A stretch of 62,440 nt of DNA, filler included, from Basidiobolus ranarum (GCA_040143965.1; 30 parts of 30 records of this genome joined end to end with filler, not necessarily neighbours in it), one strand, 5' to 3'. Counted from the first letter of the whole stretch, positions 23,005 to 35,419 are shown. Numbers and translations: made by a program. The notes: a model not told the origin generated them from the letters alone.

Positions 23005-24992
23005 CAATATTGCAGGGTATCTGCTAGATAGCTGGAAGAATGTTGATTCAGCAACTTTGATACAATGGTGGGGGTTTATGGAGGTATGGATACAAACTTG
23101 TGTTAGATATGAGCTAAACCTTGGGCATGAAGTACTTTATAATAGCATTCAGGAGAATATAGCAAAGAAACTATGAATATTGAAGGTGACAAATTAGTGT
23201 CCAAGTGGTAAATGTGTAAAATTTGAGTTGATCTATAGTTTGCTGAGATTGTAGCCAATCATGTGCAACTATTTTGCAAGATCATGAAATTTTAATCTTT
23301 TGGTGATTAAACTACCTTCATGTCAAAATGGTTGTTTGGCTTTCACAGGTGATCTGAAAGCATGGAGTCATATACTGTTTGCACTTAATTTGCAATCGCT
23401 AAATTAGGTAGATATTGTTCATATTTGGTGTACAAACTGATGACTCCCTGATGTAATGTTGTTATGAAATCACCCAATTTAGTTCATTAACCCACTACCA
23501 AAGTACTCACCATAGAGCTGAAGGCAGACTTCAATATGTTTACCGATATCAATTTATCACATAGTCATTCTAACAACAAACTTTTGATTAGCCCTAAGCC
23601 TGAGATTGTTTTGATAGAGAGGATCAGCTGGAGCTAGAGCTTCCCATTAGGCACTGTACACCAACTATTCAACAACATATCTATACTACTTACAGCTCTA
23701 TAGTGGAGAATTCAATCTTAATGAGCAATTGAAGATACAATCAAACATTCATTCAATTAGGAAAATGCTTGAAGATGTCAAGATACCATGAAACTTTGCC
23801 GGAACTCCCATCAATATCCAGTTGGCAGGGTCTTTATTCAATTGCTAAGACTAGAAGTATTGAATTTGTATGTGTTCAAGTGAAATCTTGAAAAGATTTC
23901 TGCTTTGTAAGTATTGGCAACATTGGTAGTTATTTTTGGATACTCCTAATATATTCTTACAGCATCAACTAACACTGACAGATCTCAGGGAGACACAGCG
24001 ACTGTGGAAAGATCTTGTAATTGGACATGAAAAACTTTATGACAGTTTTAAACAAATAAACAGAATCTATGCCAGTATCCAATAAATTCCCCACTGCATC
24101 CTGGTCAATGCTTGGAGATTATAGGTGCTTGCTATATATTATGGCAGTTTCCAATTGAGTGCTCCTGTGGTAAAATGATGCTTTATGTGAAATGATCTGT
24201 ATTACTACATGCAAATCTGATTAACAATGTATCAGCAAAATCAGAGATAGATATAATGCAATCAGTTAGCAAGACTTCTTAATGAGATAGATCAAGATAC
24301 TCAGTATTATTACTTTAGCCACAGGCTTATCAATTCAAGCAATGATATAACTACTTGTAGTGGAACATTTGCTGACTACAAGTCAGAGATGTTCTGGCTG
24401 AATTCTTTACCAAAATTTGTCAAAATCCAAGAGCTTATTCTAATTGCAAATAGTAACAAGAGTCAGCTATTTGCCAAGTGTCAGTGCTAATGAAGATCCA
24501 GATGTTTAGCTATTCTTCAACTGTTAGTTTGCTGGTAAAGTATATTGATATTGTTACATTTTATCTGATAAGTCAAATGTGTGCGTATGTAGAGACCACA
24601 GCACCAGAAGTATCTAAATAATGCCATGCATATTAACTGAAATTCCCACAGCAGTAAACCCAGCAATTTGCAGTTCAAAAATCAGTTTTTTGCAAAAATA
24701 TTTGGAAAATCAAAAATGCATGCCAAAAATGAGGATCAATATTTTACCATGTATAAAAAGTACTGATTACTATCTAGAAGCCACCATATTACCATCAAAA
24801 TACCTGGCAGAAAGCAAGCCACCGATATTGTGATGGTCCTGTGAAGGTTTTGCAATCCAGAAGGGTGAATTCCATGCAGGTCAAAACCATCACAATTTTA
24901 ATCCATTTTGGATTGACCATTTGCTTACCATCATAAAATTGCAAGTTAATTTTTACCAGAATCAATTTTTTCAGTTACTGAAGTGAAATTTC
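23005..24992 (+). mobile_element. Internally deleted and rearranged element C copies
   Basis: Left-arm sequence is fused to transposase fragments (about 23300-24600), then the right arm, then left-arm sequence again. Confidence 0.75.
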
Positions 24993-25092
24993 NNNNNNNN
25001 NNNNNNNNNNNNNNNNNNNNNNNNNNNNNNNNNNNNTTAATTAATTAANNNNNNNNNNNNNNNNNNNNNNNNNNNNNNNNNNNNNNNNNNNN

Positions 25093-26050
25093 ATTACCAC
25101 TATTGTCATTGTGATTATCATCTCCATTGCTAGCTTCACAGTTACCATTACCATTTCCACCCTTACCAGCTTCATAGGCGCCAGCTCCATTGCCACGGTT
25201 GCCATTGTCATGGTCTCGCCATTTTTAGAACCACCGTTACCATCACCATTTCCATTATCACTCTTTCCGGCATTGTAAGCGCTAGCTCCATTACCGCCAT
25301 TGCCATTGTCTCCTCTGTTTCCAGCACCACCGTTACAATCTCGGTTGCAATCATCACCCTTTCCAGTATCATAAGCGCCATCTCCACTGCCAGCATCACT
25401 GTTACTGTGACAACTTTCATCAACTTATTTTCCAATACCATAAGTGTCAGCTCCTTTACTGCAGTTGTCATTACAATTGTCTCCTCCATTTCCAGCGCCA
25501 CCATTTCCATCTCCGTTGCAGTTTCCACTACCACCCTCCCCAGTATCATAAGAGCCTATTGTATTGCCACCATTGCCATTGTCTGCTCTATTGCCAGCAC
25601 CACTGTTACTACTATCATCTCCACGCTTTCTAGCATCATATGCGCCAGCCCAATTGCCATTATCTTGTCCATTACCAGAACCACCGCTACCATGGCATTT
25701 CCATTTCCATCCGTTGCTGTATCGTTGGTACTAGCTCCATGGCCACCATTGCCATTTCCATTGTCTCAACTATTTCAAGCATCATTGGAGCCAGCTCTTT
25801 CACTGCCATTGGCATTGCCATTATTTCCTCTGTTGCCGGAATAAGCATATCCAGCACTGCTTCCACTACCACTCTTTCCAGGATTATAAGTGCCAGCTCC
25901 ATGATTGCCGTTACTTTTGCAATTATCTCCTCCATTACCAAAGTCACTGTTACCACCGCCGTTTCCATTACTACCCTTACCAGCATCATATGCACCAGAT
26001 GCGGTGCTGCCGTTTCCATTGTAATTATCTCCTCCATTTCCAACTGCAGT
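25093..26050 (-). pseudogene. Gly/Asn-rich tandem-repeat protein gene with stops and frameshifts
   Basis: A recurrent GNGGDN.NGNG..GAGAY..GKG unit, with in-frame TGA at 25775 and frame switches. Confidence 0.55.
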
Positions 26051-26199
26051 CTTACCCTGGACAGTATGGACAAACTGGAAGAGGAACCACCAGCTCTCAG
26101 AGTCACGGTAACACTGGTATAGCATGGTGCTCTTAGTTAGTGTAGTAGTACCAGCTTGCCAATAAATGAACAATGTATAAAAGAGGTGGTAGTATAAGT

Positions 26200-26490
26200 A
26201 ATAAGAGAGATTCTGGGGAAAGTGTGCTTTAACCATATGCGCTCTTACTGGAATGAGCCTATTTCTAATTTGCGTTGACCGATCAAACACTCTGATATTG
26301 CACTCTTACCAAAAGAGTATCATGGGCGAAAAGGTAGGGCTAAAAGGTAGGGCTAATAGGTAGTATAAGCAGTAGGAAAAGGGCACTCTTACCAAAAAGA
26401 TCATAACGTTAAATTATTTTGACCAATCAAAGTACTACAATTCTGCACCCTTACTGAAAGAGCATAAGTGGTAGGTGAAGAGTAAGCCAA
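26200..26490. repeat. Repeat family I (GCACTCTTACC subrepeats)
   Basis: Four gc(a/g)c(t/c)cttac motifs plus gatcataac...attttgaccaatcaaa. Homologous to 32066-32310. Confidence 0.7.
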
Positions 26491-27179
26491 GTGTGAAATG
26501 CATAATTGTGATATTGTTACGTATGTAAATTTATGGCTATATATATATATATATTAGTATAAGGTATTATATTGAGTTTACAATACTAAGTCAGTGAGTA
26601 ATATATTTTCATCTACTAAATTGTATAGACTGATCTAATGCCAACTACCCGAATATTTGGGTTATAACCATGGCAGTACCAATGATAGCCTTACCTAAAT
26701 GAATCGGATTATATTTACTCAAACATATTACTCAAAATGGTCAACTCAATGGTCTAAATTATGCGATTATATCATTGTAATATACAGTTACACTATGATC
26801 TGCGGTAGATTAGGCTCCATCATTTTATATAGTTCAGATGGCAAATAAGTGAAATACAAGTAAGTGAAATATATCAGTAGCCTTGTTAGTGAAAATGCTA
26901 TATTCAATGTAGCAGGATTCATGTAATAGTGTCTTTGCGTCCGTAGCAGTCTAGACTTTAGATTGACAGTTTAGTTTCAGAAAAACTTCACTTGTTCTGG
27001 AAGTCAAAACAACCGTCATCTTTTTTTTAACAATTATATTTATCACGTCTCACCCCTCCGCAATGTGTGACGTTCAATANNNNNNNNNNNNNNNNNNNNN
27101 NNNNNNNNNNNNNNNNNNNNNNNTTAATTAATTAANNNNNNNNNNNNNNNNNNNNNNNNNNNNNNNNNNNNNNNNNNNN

Positions 27180-28634
27180 CTGAGAGTAGATTCTTGGCTA
27201 ATATTTGGTTCATAGAGTGCATCATATAATTTTGCTGGAGGTGTAGCTGAATTTTGGTCTAAACTGAGTACAACGGTGCCCTTACCAACTGCATCTAGTG
27301 CATAGTCATCACCCAAGTAGACCTTCCTTGTTTGGATTGCTTTTAAGCTGGAAAACCAATCTTTCCTGTTTGAAATAAACTGGGAAGCTCCTAAATCAAT
27401 GTACCACATTTCTGAGTCTTCTCTAGCAGTTACTGATAGGGCAGACACAAATATATGATTGTATCAAAGCTTACTTGATTAGCTTGTTCTAATTTTAGCT
27501 TTTTGGCAAAAATCCTTTTTCCGCAATCTTTGATTATTTGGCCTGGTTTCTTGCAATACTTGCAGATGATTAATTTCCTATAAGGGCACCATTATTGAAA
27601 CCTGTGGGATGTTTTACAGCTCAAAAATGCCTATTCTGCATTATTTTGCTGCAAATTAGATCTCCTTGATTCTTCATTCGAAAGTCTAGCACCAACATAT
27701 TCTATTGTTAATGGTTCTGATCTTGATTCTAAGGCAATTATGAGGTTCCCAAACTCATCTGGCAGGCTCCCAAGTAGTGTCGTGACTAAGTTATCTTCAT
27801 TTAAAGGTGCTCTAATGGATGAGAGTTGATTTGCCGTTGTTTTTATCCTATGTACATCATTAAGCATAGAATCAACAGGATTCATCTGAATTGAGAATAA
27901 TTTTTGCTTAAGATATAGCTATTAGCAATATAGCCTATTTGCCAGACTTTAAGTTTCATATAGTCCCTCAAGCATTTCCCAAGCATTTTGGACATTTTTG
28001 GCTGATTGTATGTGCCTCAATTAAGGATCTGTGATATGTGGACAAAGTGTAGAGAGTGCTTTCCTCTGCTTCTGGTGTAAGGCAAGGATAGCTTCTGGTG
28101 GTCCCTTTGGCTCCATTTCTTCTCTTGTAACAAATGCCCAAAGGTCTTTGTTTTCTAGCACCATTTGCATCTTGAACTTCCAAAGGTGAAAGTCTTCCCC
28201 ATCAAACTTCACTGTGGATGCAAAAAAATTGGTAATAGTACTGATAGACACTCCTTTAGCAGCTAGCTTGGGGCTCATAACCTGATAAAAGTGTTTAGGG
28301 GATTTGGAAGTGTTTTGGACAAGATTTGGATTTGTGAAATATACATTTAAGTTTTATTGAATTGAAATTGTCCTATTTATAATTTACTATGAAATAGAAC
28401 AATTGGACATGCTTAGATCATAACAAACATGCCCGTTAAGCATGGGTGAAAATTTGAGGTGCTTTGGAGGAGTTTTGAGAATATAGTGAAAATTGGTAAA
28501 AGTGATCTAATTGATATTTCTGTCAATTAGAGCAATAAACACACATTTTTGAATGACAGAATTTATTGCTAAATAATCAGATTATGAATAAACTAACTAC
28601 TAAATAATGAGTTGCTATTTTCCTAATCTCAACA
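27180..28634 (-). mobile_element. Copia family E 5' end: LTR (28283-28634), PBS (28271-28282), gag and protease
   Basis: KFDGEDFHLWKFKM...KDLW, TLLGSLPDEF, a CCHC knuckle and WYIDLGAS. LTR ends TGTTGAG...TATCA. Confidence 0.9.
28271..28282 (-). promoter_or_regulatory. Primer-binding site complementary to the initiator-Met tRNA anticodon arm (half-tRNA priming)
   Basis: GGTTATGAGCCC lies directly after the LTR and is the complement of GGGCUCAUAACC. Confidence 0.85.
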
Positions 28635-29109
28635 ATTATGACATCATATCTGCTGTTCCATCCCTTCTTGGCAATCTTGTTTAGTTCATCCAGGTTACCT
28701 TATATGGAAGTCAAGTTCTTTGGAACATTCCATGAAACCTAGCCAATCTTGTCATCCCGCACATACTGTATCTCTGCCAAGACCTACCATGGAAGATCAC
28801 CTGATCATCCTTACATCTTCCCTCTGTGTATTGGTCCTTGTAGTCCCCAGCATCCTAACACTTGAACTTGCAGCACTATGTTCCCTATTCAGTGTATTAT
28901 GTTTCAGCCTGCAATATCTATATAAGCCCCATGTGTTCCTTATTCAGACCTCAGAATGATCAATAACAGTTATCAATAAAGATTCTTGCCAAAGTATCTT
29001 CTTTGTCCAGTCCTGTCTTGTCTTGTCTTGTGGCCTACAACCAAGCACTCTCCTGCCTTCTAGCCTCTTGTTGTTGTTTCCAGTCCATGTCCAGTTACTT
29101 ATTGTGACA
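28635..29109 (+). repeat. Gypsy LTR family B, interrupted by Copia E
   Basis: Reverse complement of about 57177-57646, ending TTATTGTGACA. Confidence 0.85.
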
Positions 29110-29344
29110 GTTTAATCAGCCTACTTACACTTGCCTTTAGACCCCACTCCATTCTTGTTCTCCAACNNNNNNNNNNNNNNNNNNNNNNNNNNNNNNNNNN
29201 NNNNNNNNNNTTAATTAATTAANNNNNNNNNNNNNNNNNNNNNNNNNNNNNNNNNNNNNNNNNNNNGCAGATATGCTGTTGTAATCTAATAAGAGAGAAG
29301 TTCTATTTGTAGTGGATCAGTATGCCAAGATCAGAATCATGACA

Positions 29345-30424
29345 TTGGGTACCAGTCTAGCATTGTACCTTTATATATTGCCATCAAAGTTGTATTTAAC
29401 TTTAAACACCCATTAGTAGCCAATGGATTTTCTATTGTCAGCTAAGTTGGTTAAAATCCATGTTTGTCATCAATCAAAGCTTGGTAATCATCAGCTATTG
29501 AATATCTCCAAAATTTTGTGTGAGGGCCATTCCGAGCCTCTTTTACAATGTGTGGTTCATATATTTGAGCTGTGTAGGCATAGGTCCAATTTTGGGACTC
29601 ATTGATAGAGTAATCAGGGCTATTTCTGATCCAATTTGAACTCATGGTTTGGGCTAAAGGTACAACAGCTTCTGGCATTGTATTGGGCACTTCATTAGGC
29701 TACATTTTAATTGAAGGGTCCTCAAGAATGTTATTTTTCTCATTATTTTGGTTTGAATCAATTTGAATCATTGGATAAAGGGAAAATTGATTTTTGTCAT
29801 CATTGGAGGTCATTGTGGATGAATGTTCTCCATTTTCATTCGACAAAACATGCCTGGACCTAATTAGCTTGGAAATTTTGGTATCATAGAGTCAGTAGGC
29901 TTTAGTTGGAGTACAATAACGCAGAAATATGCATTTCTTACTTTTTGTATCAAATTTAGACCAATTTTTGGTCATAATTCTGACATCAGCAATGCACCTA
30001 AAGATCCTCAAATGTTTTACTCCAAGTTTAACTCCAAACAACTCTTGATATGGTGTAAAGTTAGAAAGACTTCTAGTAAAACTCCTATTCTTCAGATATA
30101 CAGCTGTAGCAACAGATTCTGCCTAAAACTAATGAGATAAACTTTGTGCAATTATCATAGATCTTGCTATTTCCATAATAGTCCTGTTAGCTCTTTCAGC
30201 AACTCCATTTTGTTGAGGTGAATAGGGGGCAGTAGTTTCTTGCTTATTTCCACAAACTCTGCAAAAGTGCTTGAATAGTGTGGAAGTATATTCTCCACCA
30301 GTATCAGTATGTATTTTCTTAATTTGGTTCCAGTTTCAGTCTCCACAAATGTTTCAAAATCTCTAAAGATAGAGAGAGCTTCCTCTTTTCTTTCCATAAA
30401 GTAGACCCATGTGTATCTTGTATA
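29345..30424 (-). mobile_element. Degenerate Copia integrase-RT, flanked by inserted LTR-B (29267-29344) and LTR-A
   Basis: RYTWVYFMERKEEA, PQQNGVAERANRT, KCIF and WVFKVKYNFDG..YKARLV motifs. Confidence 0.85.
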
Positions 30425-31251
30425 TATTGAAGTTAGCTTTGCCTAAACACCTATATAGTCATATATAGCTTAGTTCTTAGTTATCTAATATTTCACAAAG
30501 ATATTATCCACTATTCTCAATTGGATTTTACTAAGAATATTTTTACCAACTTAGAAGTTCTCATTTATATAGATTTTTCAAGCTTGTGCTAGAAGCCCCA
30601 AATATTGAACACATGTTCCTGGGACCTTTCTTAGCACATTCAACTCATTAGTTTGTCTACATCTTGACAAAGCTACAAATGTTAATGTTATACTCAATAA
30701 ATTAATAAGTGAAAACCACCAATTCCTCCAATTTTCAAAACCACTTCCAACAGGCTACCAAATTCTTTAACAGGTTATGAGCCACAAGCTTGCATTTTCT
30801 GTAATGTCTACTTCTCAAATCTATGGAACTTTTCCCTCTTTTCAAAAATTGGATGGAACCAATTATCAAGTTTTGAAAATTAAAATAAGAATGCTGCAGC
30901 AAAAAAAAGGACTTTGGGACACTGTTGTGGGTAAAGAAAGCAATGCAAAACTATCTGAAACCAAAGTTTTACTGCAGGTTGAAAAAGAGCAAAGAGTCTC
31001 AAACACAATTTGTCTTAATGTTAAAGACAAATTGCTAATTCAATGTTCAAGAGCTAAAACTGCCAAGAAGGTATGGAAAACCTTGGACAGCACCTACCAA
31101 ACAGGTTCTGTGGCCAACAAGATGTTTCTAAGAAGAAAATTCTTTAACTGAAAGATGAAACAAGGAAAAGGCATTAAATCACTAATTAATAGAGTCAGTA
31201 TTTTAGTGGATGAAATGGAATGCATTGAAGTACCTACCACTGATCAAGATT
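30425..31251 (+). mobile_element. Copia family A 5' end: LTR (30425-30772), PBS (30773-30783) and gag
   Basis: LTR...TTTAACA|GGTTATGAGCC, then KLDGTNYQVLKIKIRM...GLWDTV...AKKVWKTL...KMFLRRKFF. Confidence 0.9.
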
Positions 31252-31351
31252 NNNNNNNNNNNNNNNNNNNNNNNNNNNNNNNNNNNNNNNNNNNNTTAAT
31301 TAATTAANNNNNNNNNNNNNNNNNNNNNNNNNNNNNNNNNNNNNNNNNNNN

Positions 31352-31790
31352 AGTAAATTCCGATTGAGAATAATTGATAATATCTTAGTGAATTATAAGA
31401 TAACTAAGTACTAAGCTATATATGACTATATAGGTGTTTAGGCAATGCTAATTTCAACAGTTCTTATATAGTAAACACAGAGTGTGTTGCTTTATTTTTG
31501 CTAAGTGCCTTGACCTTTAAAGGAAGGTTTCCCAAAGCCCATTAAAGCATTTTCTTCATTCTTTTGGCTGTATCCTGATTTGCATAAATGTTCATCTAGC
31601 AGTCTGCCAAATAGATAATTTGAGGTCAAATTCTCTGTTCTGGACTCTATAGCTATTATCAGGCTTTGAAACTCATCTGGCAGGCTATTCAGGATTGTAC
31701 CTATAACATACTGATCAGTAGAAGACACTCCAATGCATTCCACTTGATCTACTACAACAGTGATTCTATAATCAGCGACTTCTTCTGTTG
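31352..31790 (-). mobile_element. Partial LTR-A (31352-31459) next to a Copia gag fragment
   Basis: TILNSLPDEFQSLIIAIESR. Confidence 0.8.
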
Positions 31791-32065
31791 TTATCTCAAA
31801 GCACACTTTATATAAGTGATGCCCACTAAATTTACTAAAAGCCTAACCCTAATTATCCTAAGTACCTTCCTTTCTATGTATCATTGGTCTCCCTTAACAC
31901 TATATTACATCCTCAGAACTTGATTATGTTAGTCATTAAGTTAAGTGTAGTTGTGATCTTGCACTGTCACAATATCTTAGAAGATTGATGTCCTAAATGT
32001 CACTTTGTTTAGCTTAGTATATTGGCTAAGTAAAGTTCACACCACCTGGTGCTTTTCATCCCCCC

Positions 32066-32310
32066 TCTTACCAAAAGAATTGCATGAGCTAATATGTAGT
32101 TTAAGCAGTAGGAAAAGTATATTCTTACCGGAATCATCATAACCCTAACCCATTTTGGCCAATCCAGTCAATAAGAATCTGCACTCTTACCGAAAAATCA
32201 GCCCAATATAAACAGTAGAAAAGTGCACTCTTGCCGGAATGATCATAACCCTAACCGATTTTGACCAATCAAATGGCTAAGATTCTGCACTCTTGCAGAA
32301 AGAGCAACAT
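32066..32310. repeat. Repeat family I: two ~107-bp units, each with TAACCCTAACC
   Basis: Units start near 32103 and 32210, with repeated (g)cactcttaccg motifs. Confidence 0.75.
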
Positions 32311-33158
32311 GGCATAAGTATTTATTACCAATTTTCTTGTCAAGTGTCTATAAAAATGTGATGAAAAATGAGTGGGCATTTCCTATTGCGAGTAGTAAAA
32401 GTAAGCTTGGGCGTAAATGGATTTTCACATGCTAGTGGAAAAGATAAACTCCGATTAACATTAATCGTTACCAATTTAACACCAAGGCCCGATAACCGAT
32501 GAAAGCAGTCCAACATAGCGGGTATCCCTCTGATTTGATTACTCATTGTACTATTTAGGTCATGATAACGATACTAGAGCATGACATTGATAGCGTCAAG
32601 ATGCCAGTAAAACTACTCAACGTGTTAGGTAGAACATACTTAATCATTGATTTGAGATTAGATTTGTGCTCTGACCGCTTTTATCTGTTTTGACTGATAA
32701 TATACAAGAACTGCGGATCTGACTAAAAGCAGCGTATTAATCCTGCAACTCGTTTCTGTGAATGAATTTCTGGGTTACACCCGAACGATACCAAATGCTG
32801 ACCAACATAACAAACAATAGATGAGGAAACACTAGTGGGATTAGGTTAGCGTTGACTTGGCGAGAAGCATCTTGTAGGATGCGAACTACATGTTAGGGTA
32901 AGTATCTATGAAGCTCACACATCAGTAATGAATCGCGGGAATGTTTATGCTAAGACTTCTTCCTGGTCGAGCGGATAGATTACACAATGGCAGCCGATTG
33001 GCACAGTGTGAGATTTCTTACCTATTAGGAAGATTGTCAGTGTATCCATTTATTTTTCTTTTTTAATTTTATATAAAAGACCCAATGAAATTGTGGGAGG
33101 CATTCCATCGCTTTTTAAGTCTAAAGAACTCTGACAATAATATATCTATCCGAGTGAC

Positions 33159-33335
33159 ATGGCGCAACAACCTGATGAGTTGCCCAACTCAAGTCCCGAA
33201 AATACACAATCTCACGCTTTAGGCGAAGATGATAATAATACATACATAAACACATCCGATGAAAGTATTGACGTAGAGCGCAATACTGAGATGTTTCGCG
33301 ATCTTGAGCGGCGGATATCGAGAGCTTCTACGAAG
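33159..33335 (+). CDS. 5' end of a gene, possibly a PDR-type ABC transporter
   Basis: TATATAAAAG at about 33070. IDVERNTEMFRDLERRISRAS resembles the N-terminal V.V.RAE..F.EL.R.LS stretch of fungal PDR transporters. Truncated by the contig end. Confidence 0.45.
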
Positions 33336-33435
33336 NNNNNNNNNNNNNNNNNNNNNNNNNNNNNNNNNNNNNNNNNNNNTTAATTAATTAANNNNNNNNN
33401 NNNNNNNNNNNNNNNNNNNNNNNNNNNNNNNNNNN

Positions 33436-33902
33436 AAGACAAGACTGGACAAGGAAGATACTTTGGCAAGAATCTTTATTGATAACTGGCATTGATCAGA
33501 CTGAGGTCTGATCAAGGAATACATGGGGCTTATATAGATATTGCAAGGTGAAACATAATATACTGAATAGGGAATATACTGTGGCAAGTTCAAGAGTTGG
33601 GGTGTTAGGGACTACAAGGACCAATACAAAGAGGGATGATGTAAGGATGATGTAAGGATGATGTAAGGATGATCAGGTGACCTTCCATGGAAGGTCTTGG
33701 CGGAAATACACTATGTGTTGGATGACATGATTGGTTAGGTTTCATGGAATGTTCCAAAGAACATGACTTCCATATAAGGTAATCTGGATGAACTAACACC
33801 AGATTGCCAAGAAGGGATGGCACAGCAGATATGATGTCATAATCTAATAATAGAAGAGTTCTATTTGCAGTGGATCAGTATGCCAAGATCAGAATCATGA
33901 CA
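33436..33902 (-). repeat. Gypsy LTR-B with a local (ggatgatgtaa)x3 expansion, inserted in the element C left arm
   Basis: Ends agaatcatgaca and C sequence resumes at 33903. Confidence 0.85.
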
Positions 33903-34393
33903 GGTGTTGACTGAGCAGATATCTGGGAAGAGCTTAATACAGAGTGGCACATTATTGCAGGGTATCTGCCAGATAGCTGGAAGAATGTTGATTCAGCAAC
34001 GTTAATACAATGATGGGTTTTGATGGAGATATTGATACAAGCTTGTGTTGGATACAAGCTAAACCTTGGGTATGAAGAATGCTATAAAAATATTCAGGAG
34101 AATATATCAAAGAAACTAGGAATTTCAAAGGTGACAAATTAGCATTCAAGTGGTAAATTTGTAAAATTTGGGTTATGTTTCTTGCACATGCATTGATCCA
34201 TATTTTGCCAAGATTGTAGCCAATCATGTGCAACTATTTTGTGAGATCTCAAAACTTCACTCCTGAAATTGAAAAATTGATTAATATCAAATCTAACTTG
34301 ATGATTTTATGATGGTAAGTAAATGGTCAATCCCAAATGTATTGAAATTATGATGGTTTTCCTACAATAACAATTCTCAAATTTCTGTTAGGG
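33903..34393 (-). mobile_element. Element C left arm and terminus
   Basis: Ends aaatttctgttaggg. Confidence 0.85.
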
Positions 34394-34522
34394 CCCCGGC
34401 ATGTTTCCCTTCAAGCACAAGTTGTATCTTAAATTTGCATTCATAGAAATCTTCCCCATGGAATGTTGGAATATTAGTAATCTCCTTTTGGGAAGAAGAC
34501 TATAATTCACTTGCTGCCACCA

Positions 34523-34839
34523 TGTTGGAGGATCTTGACATTATGGGGGTAGACTTTGGGTATTACAAGCAACTTATGATAGTGTGTTTTAGTTACTTTA
34601 TACTTAAGAGTACATGGTGACTTATATGGTAGAAAAGTAAATCAATTGTTTGAGATAATCAGGAGTTTGTGTAATAAGATATGATAGATAAGTGGGGGTA
34701 ATAAGACATACTTGTTATATATATATAGAGATATTCCTTTTTAGAATATAGGGGCTATAGATACATTGCTTTCTGTTTCTGATATATGTATCATAACTAA
34801 AGTTAACTATGATGTTGAATAAAGAACAATTATCCAACA
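34523..34839. repeat. LTR family D
   Basis: 7-bp terminal inverted repeat TGTTGGA...TCCAACA. Homologous to 1295-1609. Confidence 0.75.
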
Positions 34840-34844
34840 CTTTG

Positions 34845-35419
34845 GACAGTGACCATGTTTGTGATTATTTTCTCTATGAAGCCTCCAGCTTTCATAGCTC
34901 AAGAATTTGTGACAATAATAGCAGGGCTTCTTTAAACATTTGTGTTGTGGCATGAGAAGGATATTGTAGAAAAAAGAGCACCTTGCATGTCAGGATGGTA
35001 TTTTACGTATAGCCCATCAATATCATCAGCTGATTCTGAGATGGTGTCACAGATGAGTCATCAGGGGATTTACAAGATATTTCTGGTAATGGATGGCAAT
35101 TTTGGTTTATTATAACCTGTTTCTAAGCAATTTCATCACACCAAGTTTACCATCTGGAAATTCCAATGCCGTTCAAAAAGCATTCAAAATCTAAATTAAA
35201 ATTGGCTTCCAAGCCAATGCCTGCTGGCACAAAAGGAAAAAAACCAGCAAGAACAGAGGACTTAATTGATGAGCAGTCTAGCAATCAACTATCCACTTTG
35301 GAAGGCATTAACATGCCAGAAACTAACTAAAGTAATGTTGAAGCATTAATCAATTTACCAGATGTGTTCCTTTCCAGCAATAGTGCAAGTGAAGAGATTG
35401 TAATCCCTCAATTACATAG
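34845..35419. mobile_element. Element C central region: transposase start (ATG 34953, minus) and a divergent ORF start (ATG 35166, plus)
   Basis: About 34845-34925 is the reverse complement of 50089-50170, which leads into the transposase. The minus strand reads MPQHKCLKKPCYYCHKFLSYESWRLH and the plus strand reads MPFKKHSKSKLKLASKP. Confidence 0.7.

Noticed and set aside
28720..28959. Recurrent short ORFs in LTR-B (also 33605-33823, 46567-46770, 57135-57576)
   Set aside because: They lie inside a non-coding LTR and their frames are not conserved between copies.
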